Below are positions 26,497-35,893 of a DNA stretch of 64,000 nucleotides, one piece after another; positions within the stretch are counted from its first letter, which is position 1, and each line of letters opens with the position of its first letter. The stretch comes from Gemmatimonadales bacterium (GTDB taxonomy: Bacteria > Gemmatimonadota > Gemmatimonadetes > Gemmatimonadales > GWC2-71-9), in the NCBI GenBank assembly GCA_035631315.1, contig DASQIZ010000116.1, positions 21,189 to 85,188 on the forward strand. Direction: 5' to 3'. The translations under genes were made by a program, and so were the position numbers. Below the pieces are notes generated by a model. The model ran no database searches. It saw only the letters and a list, made by a program, of their open reading frames with translations, and was not told the DNA's origin.

Positions 26497-27684
26497 ATGG
26501 ACCGCCGCTCGTTCGTGGCCGCCACCGCGGCGACCCTGGCCGCCACCAAGGTCCGCGTCACCGCACCGGACGACCCCCTCGGCGTCCGGGCCGACTTCCC
26601 CATCACCGCGCAGCGGACCTACCTCAACTCGGCGTACATCGCGCCCGTGCCGAGGGCGGTGGTGCAGGCGGGATCCGAGTTCCTCGAGAACAAGTCGAAG
26701 CGCCCACTGGAAGTCGGCGAGCTGCTGGGCGGCGATGGCAAGTTGCGGAGCCAGTTCGCGCAGCTGATCAACGCGAGCCCGGATGAGGTGGGCTTGCTGT
26801 TTTCGACGGCCGAGGGAGAGAACATCATCGCGCAGGGGATGGACTTGAAGGCCGGGGACAATGTAGTGATCGACGAGCTCCACTACCCGACCGAGTTCGT
26901 GCTCTACCGCGCTCTCGAGGCCTCGAAAGGCATCGAGCTGCGGATCGTGAAGCACCGGAACGGCGCGGTGGATATGAAGGACTTCGCGGCGCTCGTCGAC
27001 GACAAAACGCGCATCATATCGGTAGCCTGGATCTCCCATCTGAATGGATTCCGGCACGACCTGCGCCCCATCGCGGACCTCGCGCACGCGCATGGCGCGG
27101 TGTTCTATGCGGATGTCATTCAGGGATTGGGGACCCTGGCCCTCGACGTCCAGGCCGCCGGCGTGGATGCCATCTGCGCCGGGTCATATAAGTGGATGCT
27201 GGCCGGCTTCGGGGTCGCCCCCTTCTATATAAGGAAGGAGGTGCTCCAGCGGCTGAAAATCGACCGCTACGGTGAGTTCCAGGTGGAGAAAGAGCTTCCC
27301 GACTACCACTTCGAGCTGAACCAGACCGCGCGGAAATTCGACTATTGCAGCCGGGCCTTCGGCCCGGTGAAGGAGCTCTCGGCGGCCCTCACCTACCTCC
27401 AGGGGGTCGGGATCCCGCGAATCGAGGAGCACACGGTGGGGTTGGGGCAGCGGCTCTACCAAGGACTGTCCCGGCAGGGGCACCGGATCTTCACGCCGCC
27501 GGGCAACCGCTCCCCCATCGTGACCATGTTCACCGCAAAGCCGATGACGGAGGTCCGGGCCGCCTTTCAAAAGGCCGCGGTCGACGTCACGGTACGGGAT
27601 GGCCAGGTCCGCATCGCCCCGGCGCTCTTCAACACGGAGGCGGAAATCGACCACTGTCTGGAGGTTACCAACGGGCTCGTCTAA
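26497..27684 (+). CDS. class V aminotransferase-fold PLP enzyme with twin-arginine (Tat) signal
   Basis: ATG 26497 lies 2 nt after the M1 stop. N-terminus is MDRRSFVAATAATLAATK (RR-x-F-V Tat motif). GSYKWM is a kynureninase/CsdA-like PLP-lysine motif within a class V fold. Confidence 0.85.
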   Translation: MDRRSFVAATAATLAATKVRVTAPDDPLGVRADFPITAQRTYLNSAYIAPVPRAVVQAGSEFLENKSKRPLEVGELLGGDGKLRSQFAQLINASPDEVGLLFSTAEGENIIAQGMDLKAGDNVVIDELHYPTEFVLYRALEASKGIELRIVKHRNGAVDMKDFAALVDDKTRIISVAWISHLNGFRHDLRPIADLAHAHGAVFYADVIQGLGTLALDVQAAGVDAICAGSYKWMLAGFGVAPFYIRKEVLQRLKIDRYGEFQVEKELPDYHFELNQTARKFDYCSRAFGPVKELSAALTYLQGVGIPRIEEHTVGLGQRLYQGLSRQGHRIFTPPGNRSPIVTMFTAKPMTEVRAAFQKAAVDVTVRDGQVRIAPALFNTEAEIDHCLEVTNGLV

Positions 27685-27696
27685 TATTGTGACGTC

Positions 27697-30339
27697 GTGA
27701 CCGACCTCTTCGCAGACCTCAAGAACGGCCTCGCCGGCCGGTATGAGCTCGACGGCCAGATCGGTGAGGGCGGCATGGCGATGGTCTATCTCGCCACCGA
27801 TCAAAAACACGACCGCCAGGTCGCGGTGAAGGTCCTCCGCCCGGAAGTCGGCGCCGTCGTCGGCGCCGACCGCTTCCTTCGCGAAATCCGGGTCACCGCC
27901 CAACTCCAGCACCCGCACATCCTGCCCCTGTTCGATTCGGGCGCGATCGGCAGCTACCTCTATTACGTCATGCCGCTCGTGCAGGGCGGCAGCCTGCGCA
28001 ACCGGCTCGAGCGCGAAGGTCCCCTGCCCGTCGAAGAGACGGTGAGCATGATCCGCGCGCTCGCCAGTGCGCTCGACTACGCGCATCGGCACGGTGTGCT
28101 CCACCGGGACATCAAACCGGAAAACATCCTGCTCCACGACGGCCAGCCGATGCTCGCCGATTTCGGGATCGCATTGGCGGTCGCGAGCGCGGGTGGACCG
28201 CGGCGACTCACCGGCACCGGCATTTCGATGGGCACGCCGTCGTACATGAGCCCCGAACAGGTGTCCGGCGACCGGCACCTCGACGCGCGGAGCGACATCT
28301 ACGCGCTGGCCTGCGTTGCCTACGAGTTGCTCACCGGCGACCCGCCATTCGTCGGGCCGACGGCCCAGGCGGTGCTCGCGGCCGTCCTGACCGGCACGCC
28401 GACGCCGCTCAACGAGCGGCGCCCGACGGCACCGCTGTCCCTGGTCGCCGCGGTGCATCGCGGATTGCAGCGGCTCCCCGCGGACCGGTTTGCGACGGCC
28501 GCCGAATTCGGGACGGCGCTGACGACCGGGGCGCAGACGATCATCGCCATGACGGCGCCACGGCCGGCGCTCCTGCGCGTGCGCTGGCCCGTCGCCGCCG
28601 GCGTGGCGGCCGGACTCCTGCTGGGCGTCACGGCCAGCGTGCTCTTGAGACCGTTGACGCGGATGCCCGCGGGCCGCTGGACCATCCCACTCCCCCTCCC
28701 AGCGGCCCTCGAAGGCCCCGGCGTTTCGGCGGGTCAGGTCGGCATCGCACTCGCCCCCAAGGGCGGGCGCCTCGCGTACATCGCGTCCCGTGGAAACACC
28801 ACCGTCCTCGCGACCAAGACCCTGGATGGCGACTCGGTGACGACGTTCCCGGGTACCGAGGGCGCGGCATATCCCTTCTTTTCTCCCGACGGCCAGTGGA
28901 TCGGATTCATCGCCGGTGGCGTGTTGCGCAAGGTTCCGGCGGCGGGGGGATCCTCGATCACACTGACGACCGCGGACCGGGTGACCGGCGCCCTCTGGCC
29001 CGCGCCTGACCGCATCGTGCTGATCGAAAACGGCGGATTCGACCTGCACCGGTTGACGGCCTCCGGTGCAATCGCCGACTCCACGCTCCACCTGACGACG
29101 CAATTCGGCGCCCCCGGTTTGCTTCCCGGTGGCAGCTGGGCGGCGGGCGAGCTCAGCTCCGGCCAGCTGGCCTTGCTCTCTCTCTCGAGTGGGACCGAAT
29201 TCGCCGTGACGAGGCGAGGCGTGCTGCCGATGGACTCGGTCGGCCAGGCGGATCTCCTGTTCGGCTCGAGCCCGCAGTACCTCTCCTCAGGCCACCTGGT
29301 CTACGGAACCGGCGACGGCGTCCTCGCCGCCATGCCGTTCGACGGGTCGGCCCGCCGTGTCCTCGGCGAATCGGTCCCGATCGTCACCGGCATGCGGATG
29401 GAGGGTGGCTACGGATGCGCGGAGTTCGCCGTGTCGGACGACGGCACGCTGGTGTACGTGCCTGGGCGCAACCAGCTCTATGTGAACATCGCGTTCGTGG
29501 GACCCAATGGCCGGTTCGACACCCTGCCCGTGCCGCGGGGCCCGTACACCCAGACGCGGATTTCCCCGGACGGCAACCGCCTCGCCGTGCAGATGCGCAA
29601 TCCCGTAGGTGGCTGGCAGGTACTGATCTTCGACCTGTCCAACGGGGTCCGGCAGACGGTGCCCGTCGCGGGCAACTACCGCGCGTTTCCCTCGTCGTGG
29701 ATGTCGAACCGTGACCTGATGATCGGCATCTGGGACCCGGTCCAGTTCCTCAACTACGGCCTGCGACTGCAGTCCCTCGAGACGGGCAAGTGGTCCGACA
29801 TCCGCCTCCATGGTGCTTCGTACCTGACCCCCGCCCCGGACGGCAAGTCGTTCGTGTTCTCGGACTGGCGCTCGGGCGACATGTTCCTGCGGGCGCTGAG
29901 CGAACAGGACACCGCGCGCACGCCCGTCCCCGCAAAGGGGTTTGCCGCTTCGTTTTCACCCGATGGCCGCTGGCTCGTCTGGGGGGCGATCGACGGGTCG
30001 ATCGCCGCGTCGCCGGTGCCCCCGACGGGGGCCGTGTACCCGGTGGCCGAGCGGGGGCAATTCCCGCTGTGGACGCCGCACGGAGACGCCGTCGTGTATC
30101 GGGACGGGACGAGGTACTACCGGTCGCCGATCACCACGGTGGGAGGATTCCGGGCCGGCCGGGCGGAAGTCATGGCCGAAGGCCCGTTCATGGGGAGCTT
30201 TGCGTGGACGGACGCGATCAGTCCGACGGGACGGCTGCTGGTCCTGCTATCGAGCCCCGAGCACGAAACCCGGACCCTCGGCGCGATTACCTCGTTTCCG
30301 GAAATTGTCAGAAGGAACACCCCTTCCAGGACGCCGTAG
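27697..30339 (+). CDS. Ser/Thr protein kinase with C-terminal TolB-like beta-propeller
   Basis: Kinase motifs VAVKVL, HRDIKPENILL, DFG and SPEQ. One TM. The C-terminal ~550 aa carry repeated PD40/TolB-like motifs (FSPDGQWIGF, ISPDGNRLAV, FSPDGRWLVW). Confidence 0.9.
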   Translation: MTDLFADLKNGLAGRYELDGQIGEGGMAMVYLATDQKHDRQVAVKVLRPEVGAVVGADRFLREIRVTAQLQHPHILPLFDSGAIGSYLYYVMPLVQGGSLRNRLEREGPLPVEETVSMIRALASALDYAHRHGVLHRDIKPENILLHDGQPMLADFGIALAVASAGGPRRLTGTGISMGTPSYMSPEQVSGDRHLDARSDIYALACVAYELLTGDPPFVGPTAQAVLAAVLTGTPTPLNERRPTAPLSLVAAVHRGLQRLPADRFATAAEFGTALTTGAQTIIAMTAPRPALLRVRWPVAAGVAAGLLLGVTASVLLRPLTRMPAGRWTIPLPLPAALEGPGVSAGQVGIALAPKGGRLAYIASRGNTTVLATKTLDGDSVTTFPGTEGAAYPFFSPDGQWIGFIAGGVLRKVPAAGGSSITLTTADRVTGALWPAPDRIVLIENGGFDLHRLTASGAIADSTLHLTTQFGAPGLLPGGSWAAGELSSGQLALLSLSSGTEFAVTRRGVLPMDSVGQADLLFGSSPQYLSSGHLVYGTGDGVLAAMPFDGSARRVLGESVPIVTGMRMEGGYGCAEFAVSDDGTLVYVPGRNQLYVNIAFVGPNGRFDTLPVPRGPYTQTRISPDGNRLAVQMRNPVGGWQVLIFDLSNGVRQTVPVAGNYRAFPSSWMSNRDLMIGIWDPVQFLNYGLRLQSLETGKWSDIRLHGASYLTPAPDGKSFVFSDWRSGDMFLRALSEQDTARTPVPAKGFAASFSPDGRWLVWGAIDGSIAASPVPPTGAVYPVAERGQFPLWTPHGDAVVYRDGTRYYRSPITTVGGFRAGRAEVMAEGPFMGSFAWTDAISPTGRLLVLLSSPEHETRTLGAITSFPEIVRRNTPSRTP

Positions 30340-30432
30340 AACACGACGAACGGACGCAACCGTCCGACCAGTTGCTGAATCTCATAGGACGAGTCCCCGT
30401 AGTTACCTGACCATTCCCAGGAGCCAGCCGCG

Positions 30433-32355
30433 ATGCGCGCAGCGCCTTTCTCTCTTGTTGCCGCTCTTGTTGTGCCCGCAAGCCTGACCGCCCAAACCCT
30501 CTACACTCCTCGCGCCGTCACTCATGCCTACAAGGTGGGGGCGCGTTCCCTCGACGGACGGCCGGGGCCGAACTACTGGCAGAATCACGCCCGGTATACC
30601 ATCGCGATCAGTGTGGCGCCACCGGCCCGGCAGGTCACGGGCACCGAGCAGATCACCTACTTCAACGAGAGCCCGGACACGATGCGCAATCTGCTGTTCC
30701 GGTTCATCGTGAACATCCACAAGGCCGGGGCGCCGCGCGCCTTCCCCGCGAGCGAGGACTATCTCACGTCGGGCGTGCACGTGGACTCGTTCACCGTGGA
30801 CGGGGTGGGATCGCCTTCCGGCGTGAGGAACCCGCAGGCGTACACGCTCCGCGGCGCGGACAATCAGACCTACACCTTGCGGGGAATCAGACTGGCCAAA
30901 CCCCTCGCCCCGCATGATTCCGCGCACATCCTCCTGAACTGGCACTACGACTTGTCGCAGCAGAGCAATCGCGAGGGCATGCTCGACTCGACGACGGCGT
31001 TCATCGCGTACTTCTACCCCCGCGTCGACGTGTACAACGACTACGACGGCTGGGATGGCACCACGTTCACGGACATGCAGGAGTTCTACTCGGACTTCAA
31101 CGACTACGATGTGTCGGTGAAGGTCCCCGCGAACTTCATCGTCTGGGGCACGGGCACGCTGACCAATCCGGATGAGGTCCTCGCGCCCGAGTTCGCGCAA
31201 CGGCTCAAGACGTCGATGACGTCGGATGAGACGGTCCGGATTGCGACGCCGGAAGACCTCCAGGCGCATCGCGTCACCCGCGCCGACGGCGATCATACCT
31301 GGCGCTTCACCGCCAGCCACATCCCCGACATGACGTTCGCGGTGAGCGATCATTACGACTGGGACGGCGGATCGGTGTTGGTGGATGACGCGACAGGGCG
31401 CCGTGCGAGCGTGCAGGCAGCGTACAACGACACGTCCGCGGACTACCACCACATGGTGCAATACGGCGAACACGCCCTGGGCTGGCTGTCGCACCACTGG
31501 CCTGGCGTCCCGTACCCCTACGAGAAGAGCACGGTGGTCGAAGGACGCGCGGACATGGAGTACCCGATGATGGTGAACGACAATTCGTTCGCCGACACCG
31601 TGTTCGCGCGCTTCGTGGTGGAGCACGAGATGGCCCACACCTACTTCCCCTTCTACATGGGCATCAACGAGAGCCGTTATGCCTTCATGGACGAGGGGTG
31701 GGCGACGACCTTCGAGTACCTGATCGGCCGGGTCGACGTCGGGCCCGACCGTGCGACCGAGTTCTACAAGCAGTTCCGGGTGAACGGCTGGGCAGCGGAC
31801 CCCTCGCCCCTGGAAGACCTTCCGATCATCACGCCGAATGACGCCGAAAATGGGCAGGCGTACGGGAATAACGCCTACGGGAAGCCGTCGATCGGATACC
31901 TGGCCCTGAAGGACATGCTCGGCGACGCGGCGTTCGGGAAAGCGCTCCACGAGTTCATGGACCGCTGGCATGGGAAGCACCCCATTCCGTGGGACTTCTT
32001 CTACACGGTCAACAACGTCACCGGGAAAAACCTCAACTGGTTCTGGAATTCCTGGTACTTCCAGAACACCTATATCGATCTGAGTGTGGCTGGGGTGGCG
32101 GGGTCGACAGTGCGGGTGAAGAACATCGGCGGCATGCCGGCGCCCTTCGATCTCCTCGTGAGGTACGGGGATGGGTCACAGGACTCGCTGCACGAGACGT
32201 CGGCCATCTGGGAGCATAGTCCCGCGCAGGCGACCGTGACGCTCAAATCCAAGAAGAAGGTCACGTCGGTGATCCTGAAGAACGGCATCTGGGTAGACGC
32301 GGACACGACCAACAATACCTGGGCTACAACTTCAGCTCCCACACCTCGAAAATAG
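30433..32355 (+). CDS. secreted M1-like gluzincin metallopeptidase
   Basis: Signal MRAAPFSLVAALVVPASLTAQ. VVEHEMAHTYFPFYMGINESRYAFMDEGWA gives HExxH-X18-E. Confidence 0.8.
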   Translation: MRAAPFSLVAALVVPASLTAQTLYTPRAVTHAYKVGARSLDGRPGPNYWQNHARYTIAISVAPPARQVTGTEQITYFNESPDTMRNLLFRFIVNIHKAGAPRAFPASEDYLTSGVHVDSFTVDGVGSPSGVRNPQAYTLRGADNQTYTLRGIRLAKPLAPHDSAHILLNWHYDLSQQSNREGMLDSTTAFIAYFYPRVDVYNDYDGWDGTTFTDMQEFYSDFNDYDVSVKVPANFIVWGTGTLTNPDEVLAPEFAQRLKTSMTSDETVRIATPEDLQAHRVTRADGDHTWRFTASHIPDMTFAVSDHYDWDGGSVLVDDATGRRASVQAAYNDTSADYHHMVQYGEHALGWLSHHWPGVPYPYEKSTVVEGRADMEYPMMVNDNSFADTVFARFVVEHEMAHTYFPFYMGINESRYAFMDEGWATTFEYLIGRVDVGPDRATEFYKQFRVNGWAADPSPLEDLPIITPNDAENGQAYGNNAYGKPSIGYLALKDMLGDAAFGKALHEFMDRWHGKHPIPWDFFYTVNNVTGKNLNWFWNSWYFQNTYIDLSVAGVAGSTVRVKNIGGMPAPFDLLVRYGDGSQDSLHETSAIWEHSPAQATVTLKSKKKVTSVILKNGIWVDADTTNNTWATTSAPTPRK

Positions 32356-33247
32356 GATCGGTATCGAGGTCGTGGTGGCGCTCCTCTTTGACGAACCGGT
32401 ACCCCGCCGACTCATAGATGTGACGCGCGGCGGAGAGGACGCGGTTGGTCCAGAGGACGATCTTGCGGTACCCTGCCTCCCGGGCAAACTGAGTACATTC
32501 GTCGACGAGCCGGCGTCCGAGGCCAAACCCTCGGGCGCCGGGTTCGACCAGCAGCATGCGCAGTTGGGCGACCGTTTCCGTTTTTTTCGCTAGCAACACG
32601 CACCCCACGCGCCTCCCCAGGCTCTCCGCGATCCAGCAGCGCTCGCGCTCGGGATCGAGATTCTGCTGAAAGTCCGCCACGATCCTGGCAAAGAGCGCCT
32701 CGGCCTTAAGCCCCCACTTGTATTCCTGGGCATAGACGGCTCCGTTGCGCTCCACCACCCAGCCCAAGTCCCCTGGCCGGGGACGACGGAGCCTGACCGG
32801 TGGCCGCGCCACTCCCCGGAGTCCCAGCAGTTCTTCGATGGTCCGCATGGCGCCGATAATTCGGTCCGGCCCATCCCCCCGCACCCGCCCCAGCAATCTG
32901 CCCACGTCGCGTTGGGAGGCCGCGTCGAGCTCTCCGAACTGCAGCCTGCCCCGCTCTGAAAGATTGAGCTGAACGAGGCGCCCGTCGGCGGCCGAGCGGC
33001 GACGCGTGACCAGCCCCCGTCGATCGAGCCGGGTGACCAGGCGACTGACATAGCCGGGGTCCATGCCGAGGTTCGTCACCAGATCGGTCGAGGACGCGTC
33101 CTTCTGGTGCGCGAGCTCATACAGGATCCGGGCCTCGGGATACGAAAACGGACTGCCGTTCAAGTGTTCGTCCAGCAGGCCGATCTGGCGCGTGTAGAAC
33201 CGGTTGAAGCGCCGGACGGCGGCGATGTGTTCGGGACGGGCAGCCAT
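32324..33247 (-). CDS. bifunctional MarR-family HTH regulator / GNAT N-acetyltransferase
   Basis: N-terminal winged helix (RILYELAHQKDASSTDLVTNLGMDPGYVSRLVTRLDRRGLV). C-terminal GNAT (LRMLLVEPGARGFGLGRRLV). Confidence 0.88.
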   Translation of the reverse strand: MAARPEHIAAVRRFNRFYTRQIGLLDEHLNGSPFSYPEARILYELAHQKDASSTDLVTNLGMDPGYVSRLVTRLDRRGLVTRRRSAADGRLVQLNLSERGRLQFGELDAASQRDVGRLLGRVRGDGPDRIIGAMRTIEELLGLRGVARPPVRLRRPRPGDLGWVVERNGAVYAQEYKWGLKAEALFARIVADFQQNLDPERERCWIAESLGRRVGCVLLAKKTETVAQLRMLLVEPGARGFGLGRRLVDECTQFAREAGYRKIVLWTNRVLSAARHIYESAGYRFVKEERHHDLDTDPIFEVWELKL

Positions 33248-33282
33248 AGGCGTCTCCTAAGGGGTCTCAGGGGACTTATCGC

Positions 33283-33307
33283 AATTAGTTGACTTTGTCA
33301 ACTAATT
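33283..33307. promoter_or_regulatory. perfect 11-3-11 inverted repeat, candidate MarR operator
   Basis: AATTAGTTGAC-TTT-GTCAACTAATT lies in the divergent region between the MarR-GNAT gene (ATG 33247) and the esterase gene (ATG 33405). Confidence 0.65.
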
Positions 33308-33404
33308 TACGGATCTGGTGAGAGGGCCTCCGGCCACAGCAGGGCCGGACTCCCACCCCGCCCCGGGGTTGCGCTCTGCTCATTTGTTCTACAAATTGTT
33401 ATAT

Positions 33405-35081
33405 ATGATTGTGACCGTTCTGGTCCTTGCCGCCGCGGCGGCCGCTCCCTCCGCTCACGATTCCAGCGCCATCCACGACGTCGTGCACGCGTTCGACTCG
33501 CACCAGGTGGTGGCCATCGCCGAATCCCATGGCCTGATCCAGGCCGGCGAGTTCTACGCGGCCCTCGCGCGGGATACCGGTTTCCAACGCGTCGCCCCGG
33601 TCATCGTCATCGAATTCGCGAGCCGTCAGTCGCAATCGCTGCTGGACCGGTACGTCGTGGCCGGTGATTCCCTGCCTCCAGACTCCGTGACGTCGATCTG
33701 GCGCAATACCACCAAGGTCGCGGCCTGGGAATCCCCGGCGTACGCGGGTTGGCTCGCCGCCATTCGCGGCGTCAACCGGTCCCTGCCCCCCCGCCGGCGG
33801 CTCCGGGTGCTGGCGGGCGACACCCAGGTGGATTGGAGCACGCTCCACACCTCCGCGGACTGGGCCCGGCTTGGAGACAACAACGAGAGCTTCGCGTCCA
33901 TCATCGCCGACAGCGTAGTCGCCCGGGGCCGGCGTGCCTTCGTCGTCCTCGGCAGTAACCACTTGATGCGCAGCGGGGATCGCACGGGGGGGCCGAACAC
34001 GTTCACACGAGTCGAGCGCCGGTTCCCCGGCTCCACGTACGTCATCTGGCTCGATGCCGGCCGCACTCCGGCGATGCCGGATGCAGGCTGGGAGGTCCCG
34101 TCCATTCACAGTCTCGCCGGTGCATCGTTTGGAACGGCGGCGGACGCAATCCTGTACCTGGGACCACCTGACTCCCTGCGGCCCGTGTGGTTGCCCCCGG
34201 AGGGCCTGGATGTGCCCTACCGTCGCGAGCTGGACCGCCGCTCCTGGATCGAATGGGGCGATTCCACGCGGGCGCGCCGGTTTCTGAATCTGCCCGTCGT
34301 TCCGCCGGCGGGGACCGTCACGGAAGCCGACGTGCCCGAGACCGGCTACCCGACGCTACGCCACGTCTGGGTGTACACGCCGCCCGGGTATCCGAAGACC
34401 TGCCCGGATGGCTGTGATCTCGTGGTCGCATTCGATGGCGGGGTCTATGTGGATGCGATGGGGCTGCCGTCGATGCTGGATTCGTTGATCGCGGACGGCC
34501 GGATCCGCCCGACCGTCGCGTTGATGATCGAAGATGCATCGGGGACGGCGCGGCTCAACGACCTCGCCAACAGGGCATGGTTCGTCGGCCTGGTCACCGA
34601 TCACGTCCTCCCCTGGCTGCACCAGCGCTGGCGCGTCACCAGCGACCCGCGCCGAACCATCATCACCGGATCCTCGGCGGGCGGCCTCGCGGCTGCGTAC
34701 CTGGCGTTCGCGCGGCCCGACGTGTTCGGCAACGTCGCGTCCCAGAGCGGCGCATTCTGGCGCGGAGCAGAAGCGTCGAACATCGCGCCGTACGAATGGT
34801 TGACGGACCAGTACGCGCACAGTCCGCGGAAGCCCATCCGTCTTGTTCTGGATGTCGGCTCAACAGAATTCCATGGCGCCATGAATGGGGCAGCCCCGTC
34901 GATCCTGGACGCCAACCGGCGGCTTCGTGATGTCCTGAAAGCAAAGGGTTATGACGTGGGGTATGTCGAAGTACCCGGAGGGCAGCACGCCCCGGAGAGC
35001 TGGCGCCTCCGGTTACCGGGGTTGCTCGCGGCGCTCAGCGAAGGCGCGGAACGCGCTCCCGGCAGTGACCGCCGCCAGTAG
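33405..35081 (+). CDS. secreted alpha/beta hydrolase (PF00756-type, enterochelin-esterase-like) with unknown N-terminal domain
   Basis: ATG 33405 gives MIVTVLVLAAAAAAPSA. C-terminal half has VWVYTPPGYP...VVAFDGG...ITGSSAGGLAAAY (GxSxG). Confidence 0.8.
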   Translation: MIVTVLVLAAAAAAPSAHDSSAIHDVVHAFDSHQVVAIAESHGLIQAGEFYAALARDTGFQRVAPVIVIEFASRQSQSLLDRYVVAGDSLPPDSVTSIWRNTTKVAAWESPAYAGWLAAIRGVNRSLPPRRRLRVLAGDTQVDWSTLHTSADWARLGDNNESFASIIADSVVARGRRAFVVLGSNHLMRSGDRTGGPNTFTRVERRFPGSTYVIWLDAGRTPAMPDAGWEVPSIHSLAGASFGTAADAILYLGPPDSLRPVWLPPEGLDVPYRRELDRRSWIEWGDSTRARRFLNLPVVPPAGTVTEADVPETGYPTLRHVWVYTPPGYPKTCPDGCDLVVAFDGGVYVDAMGLPSMLDSLIADGRIRPTVALMIEDASGTARLNDLANRAWFVGLVTDHVLPWLHQRWRVTSDPRRTIITGSSAGGLAAAYLAFARPDVFGNVASQSGAFWRGAEASNIAPYEWLTDQYAHSPRKPIRLVLDVGSTEFHGAMNGAAPSILDANRRLRDVLKAKGYDVGYVEVPGGQHAPESWRLRLPGLLAALSEGAERAPGSDRRQ

Positions 35082-35558
35082 GATGCCGACCTTGGCGATG
35101 TGGTATACGGTCTCGCCCTCACCCCATCCCCGCAGGATGTACGGCACCCCGACCGCGAGGGCGATTCCCCATAGTAAGGAAAGGGCGGCGGTGGAGGCGC
35201 CCCTCGCGCTCCGCGCCAGGAGGTACCCACCCAGGCAAGCACTGGCCGCAATGACCGGTACCTGGAGACCGAGGACGCCCAGGAAACGGGTCTGAAGGGC
35301 GTCGGCAACGAGGACACCGGAGTAGACACCCACCGCCAGACTGGCGAGCCGTACGGACTGACTCGCCCCGAGGGGCAGACGCATGGCCTGCGCCCAGTAC
35401 CACCAGCGGGCACGGCCGCGGCCGCTTCCTTCCTCGATGGCCCCGTACTCCTCCAGCAGGTCCCCAAGGATCGCGTCCCGGTACCGGTGACCCTCCAACA
35501 TCGCGTCCGCCAGGGCCGCCGCGAGAGACGGCGGGGCGCTCGTCACGTGTGACGCCAT
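35013..35558 (-). CDS. membrane protein downstream of PadR (permease-prefix-like N-terminus plus about 4 TM)
   Basis: The N-terminus (HRYRDAILGDLLEEY) resembles the prefix domain found after PadR genes, followed by hydrophobic helices. 16-nt overlap with PadR. Confidence 0.55.
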   Translation of the reverse strand: MASHVTSAPPSLAAALADAMLEGHRYRDAILGDLLEEYGAIEEGSGRGRARWWYWAQAMRLPLGASQSVRLASLAVGVYSGVLVADALQTRFLGVLGLQVPVIAASACLGGYLLARSARGASTAALSLLWGIALAVGVPYILRGWGEGETVYHIAKVGILLAAVTAGSAFRAFAERREQPR

Positions 35559-35872
35559 TCCAGATCCATCTCCGTCCAGAACCGGCGGCGCGAATCGACC
35601 GCCTGCCGCAGCGCGGCGCGCCCAGCCGTGGTGAGGCGAAAGCGACGGCGCGAGCGCCCTCCGCGCACCGGAAGCGGATCGGTCTCCTCCGACATCAAGA
35701 GATCCTTGTCTTCGAGGCGTTGCAGCGTCGCGTAGATAGCGCCGACGGAATAGTCCCGATCCCTGCGCGCCGAGACGTACCGCCGGAGCTCCGCACCGTA
35801 GGCTTCGTCGCCGAGCTGCCCGACCGCGAACAACGTCAGAAACTCGAGCTCACCCATTGACGGTCGTTTCAT
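35543..35872 (-). CDS. PadR family transcriptional regulator
   Basis: Only the distal 110 codons of track ORF 35543..37354 are real: MKRPSMGELEFLTLFAVGQLGDEAYGAELRRYV...GAIYATLQRLEDKDLL (PadR winged helix). Confidence 0.85.
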   Translation of the reverse strand: MKRPSMGELEFLTLFAVGQLGDEAYGAELRRYVSARRDRDYSVGAIYATLQRLEDKDLLMSEETDPLPVRGGRSRRRFRLTTAGRAALRQAVDSRRRFWTEMDLEWRHT

Positions 35873-35893
35873 ATATGATAATGTGTAGAACAT

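Noticed and set aside
27184-29103. 639-aa ORF on the minus strand (similar long ORFs at 30403..31980, 44657..45649, 45211..46653, 53224..54255, 57792..59045 and 61462..63228)
   Set aside because: These are antisense shadows typical of high-GC DNA. Each lies opposite a gene with clear domains (kinase, M1 peptidase, HEAT, SusC, GH13, GH97). Their translations are Arg/Gly/Pro/His/Asp-rich with no recognisable motif.
30351-30366. Hairpin CGGACG-CAAC-CGTCCG after the kinase-TolB gene
   Set aside because: A short stem with no U-tract, which is insufficient to call a terminator.
33399-33412. ATATATGAT 9-mer shared between the esterase start region (33401-33409) and the PadR/propeller intergenic region (35871-35879)
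   Set aside because: It is striking in a GC-rich genome. However, it is too short, the contexts differ, and in both places it overlaps start codons. I cannot distinguish a shared element from AT-rich start-region bias.
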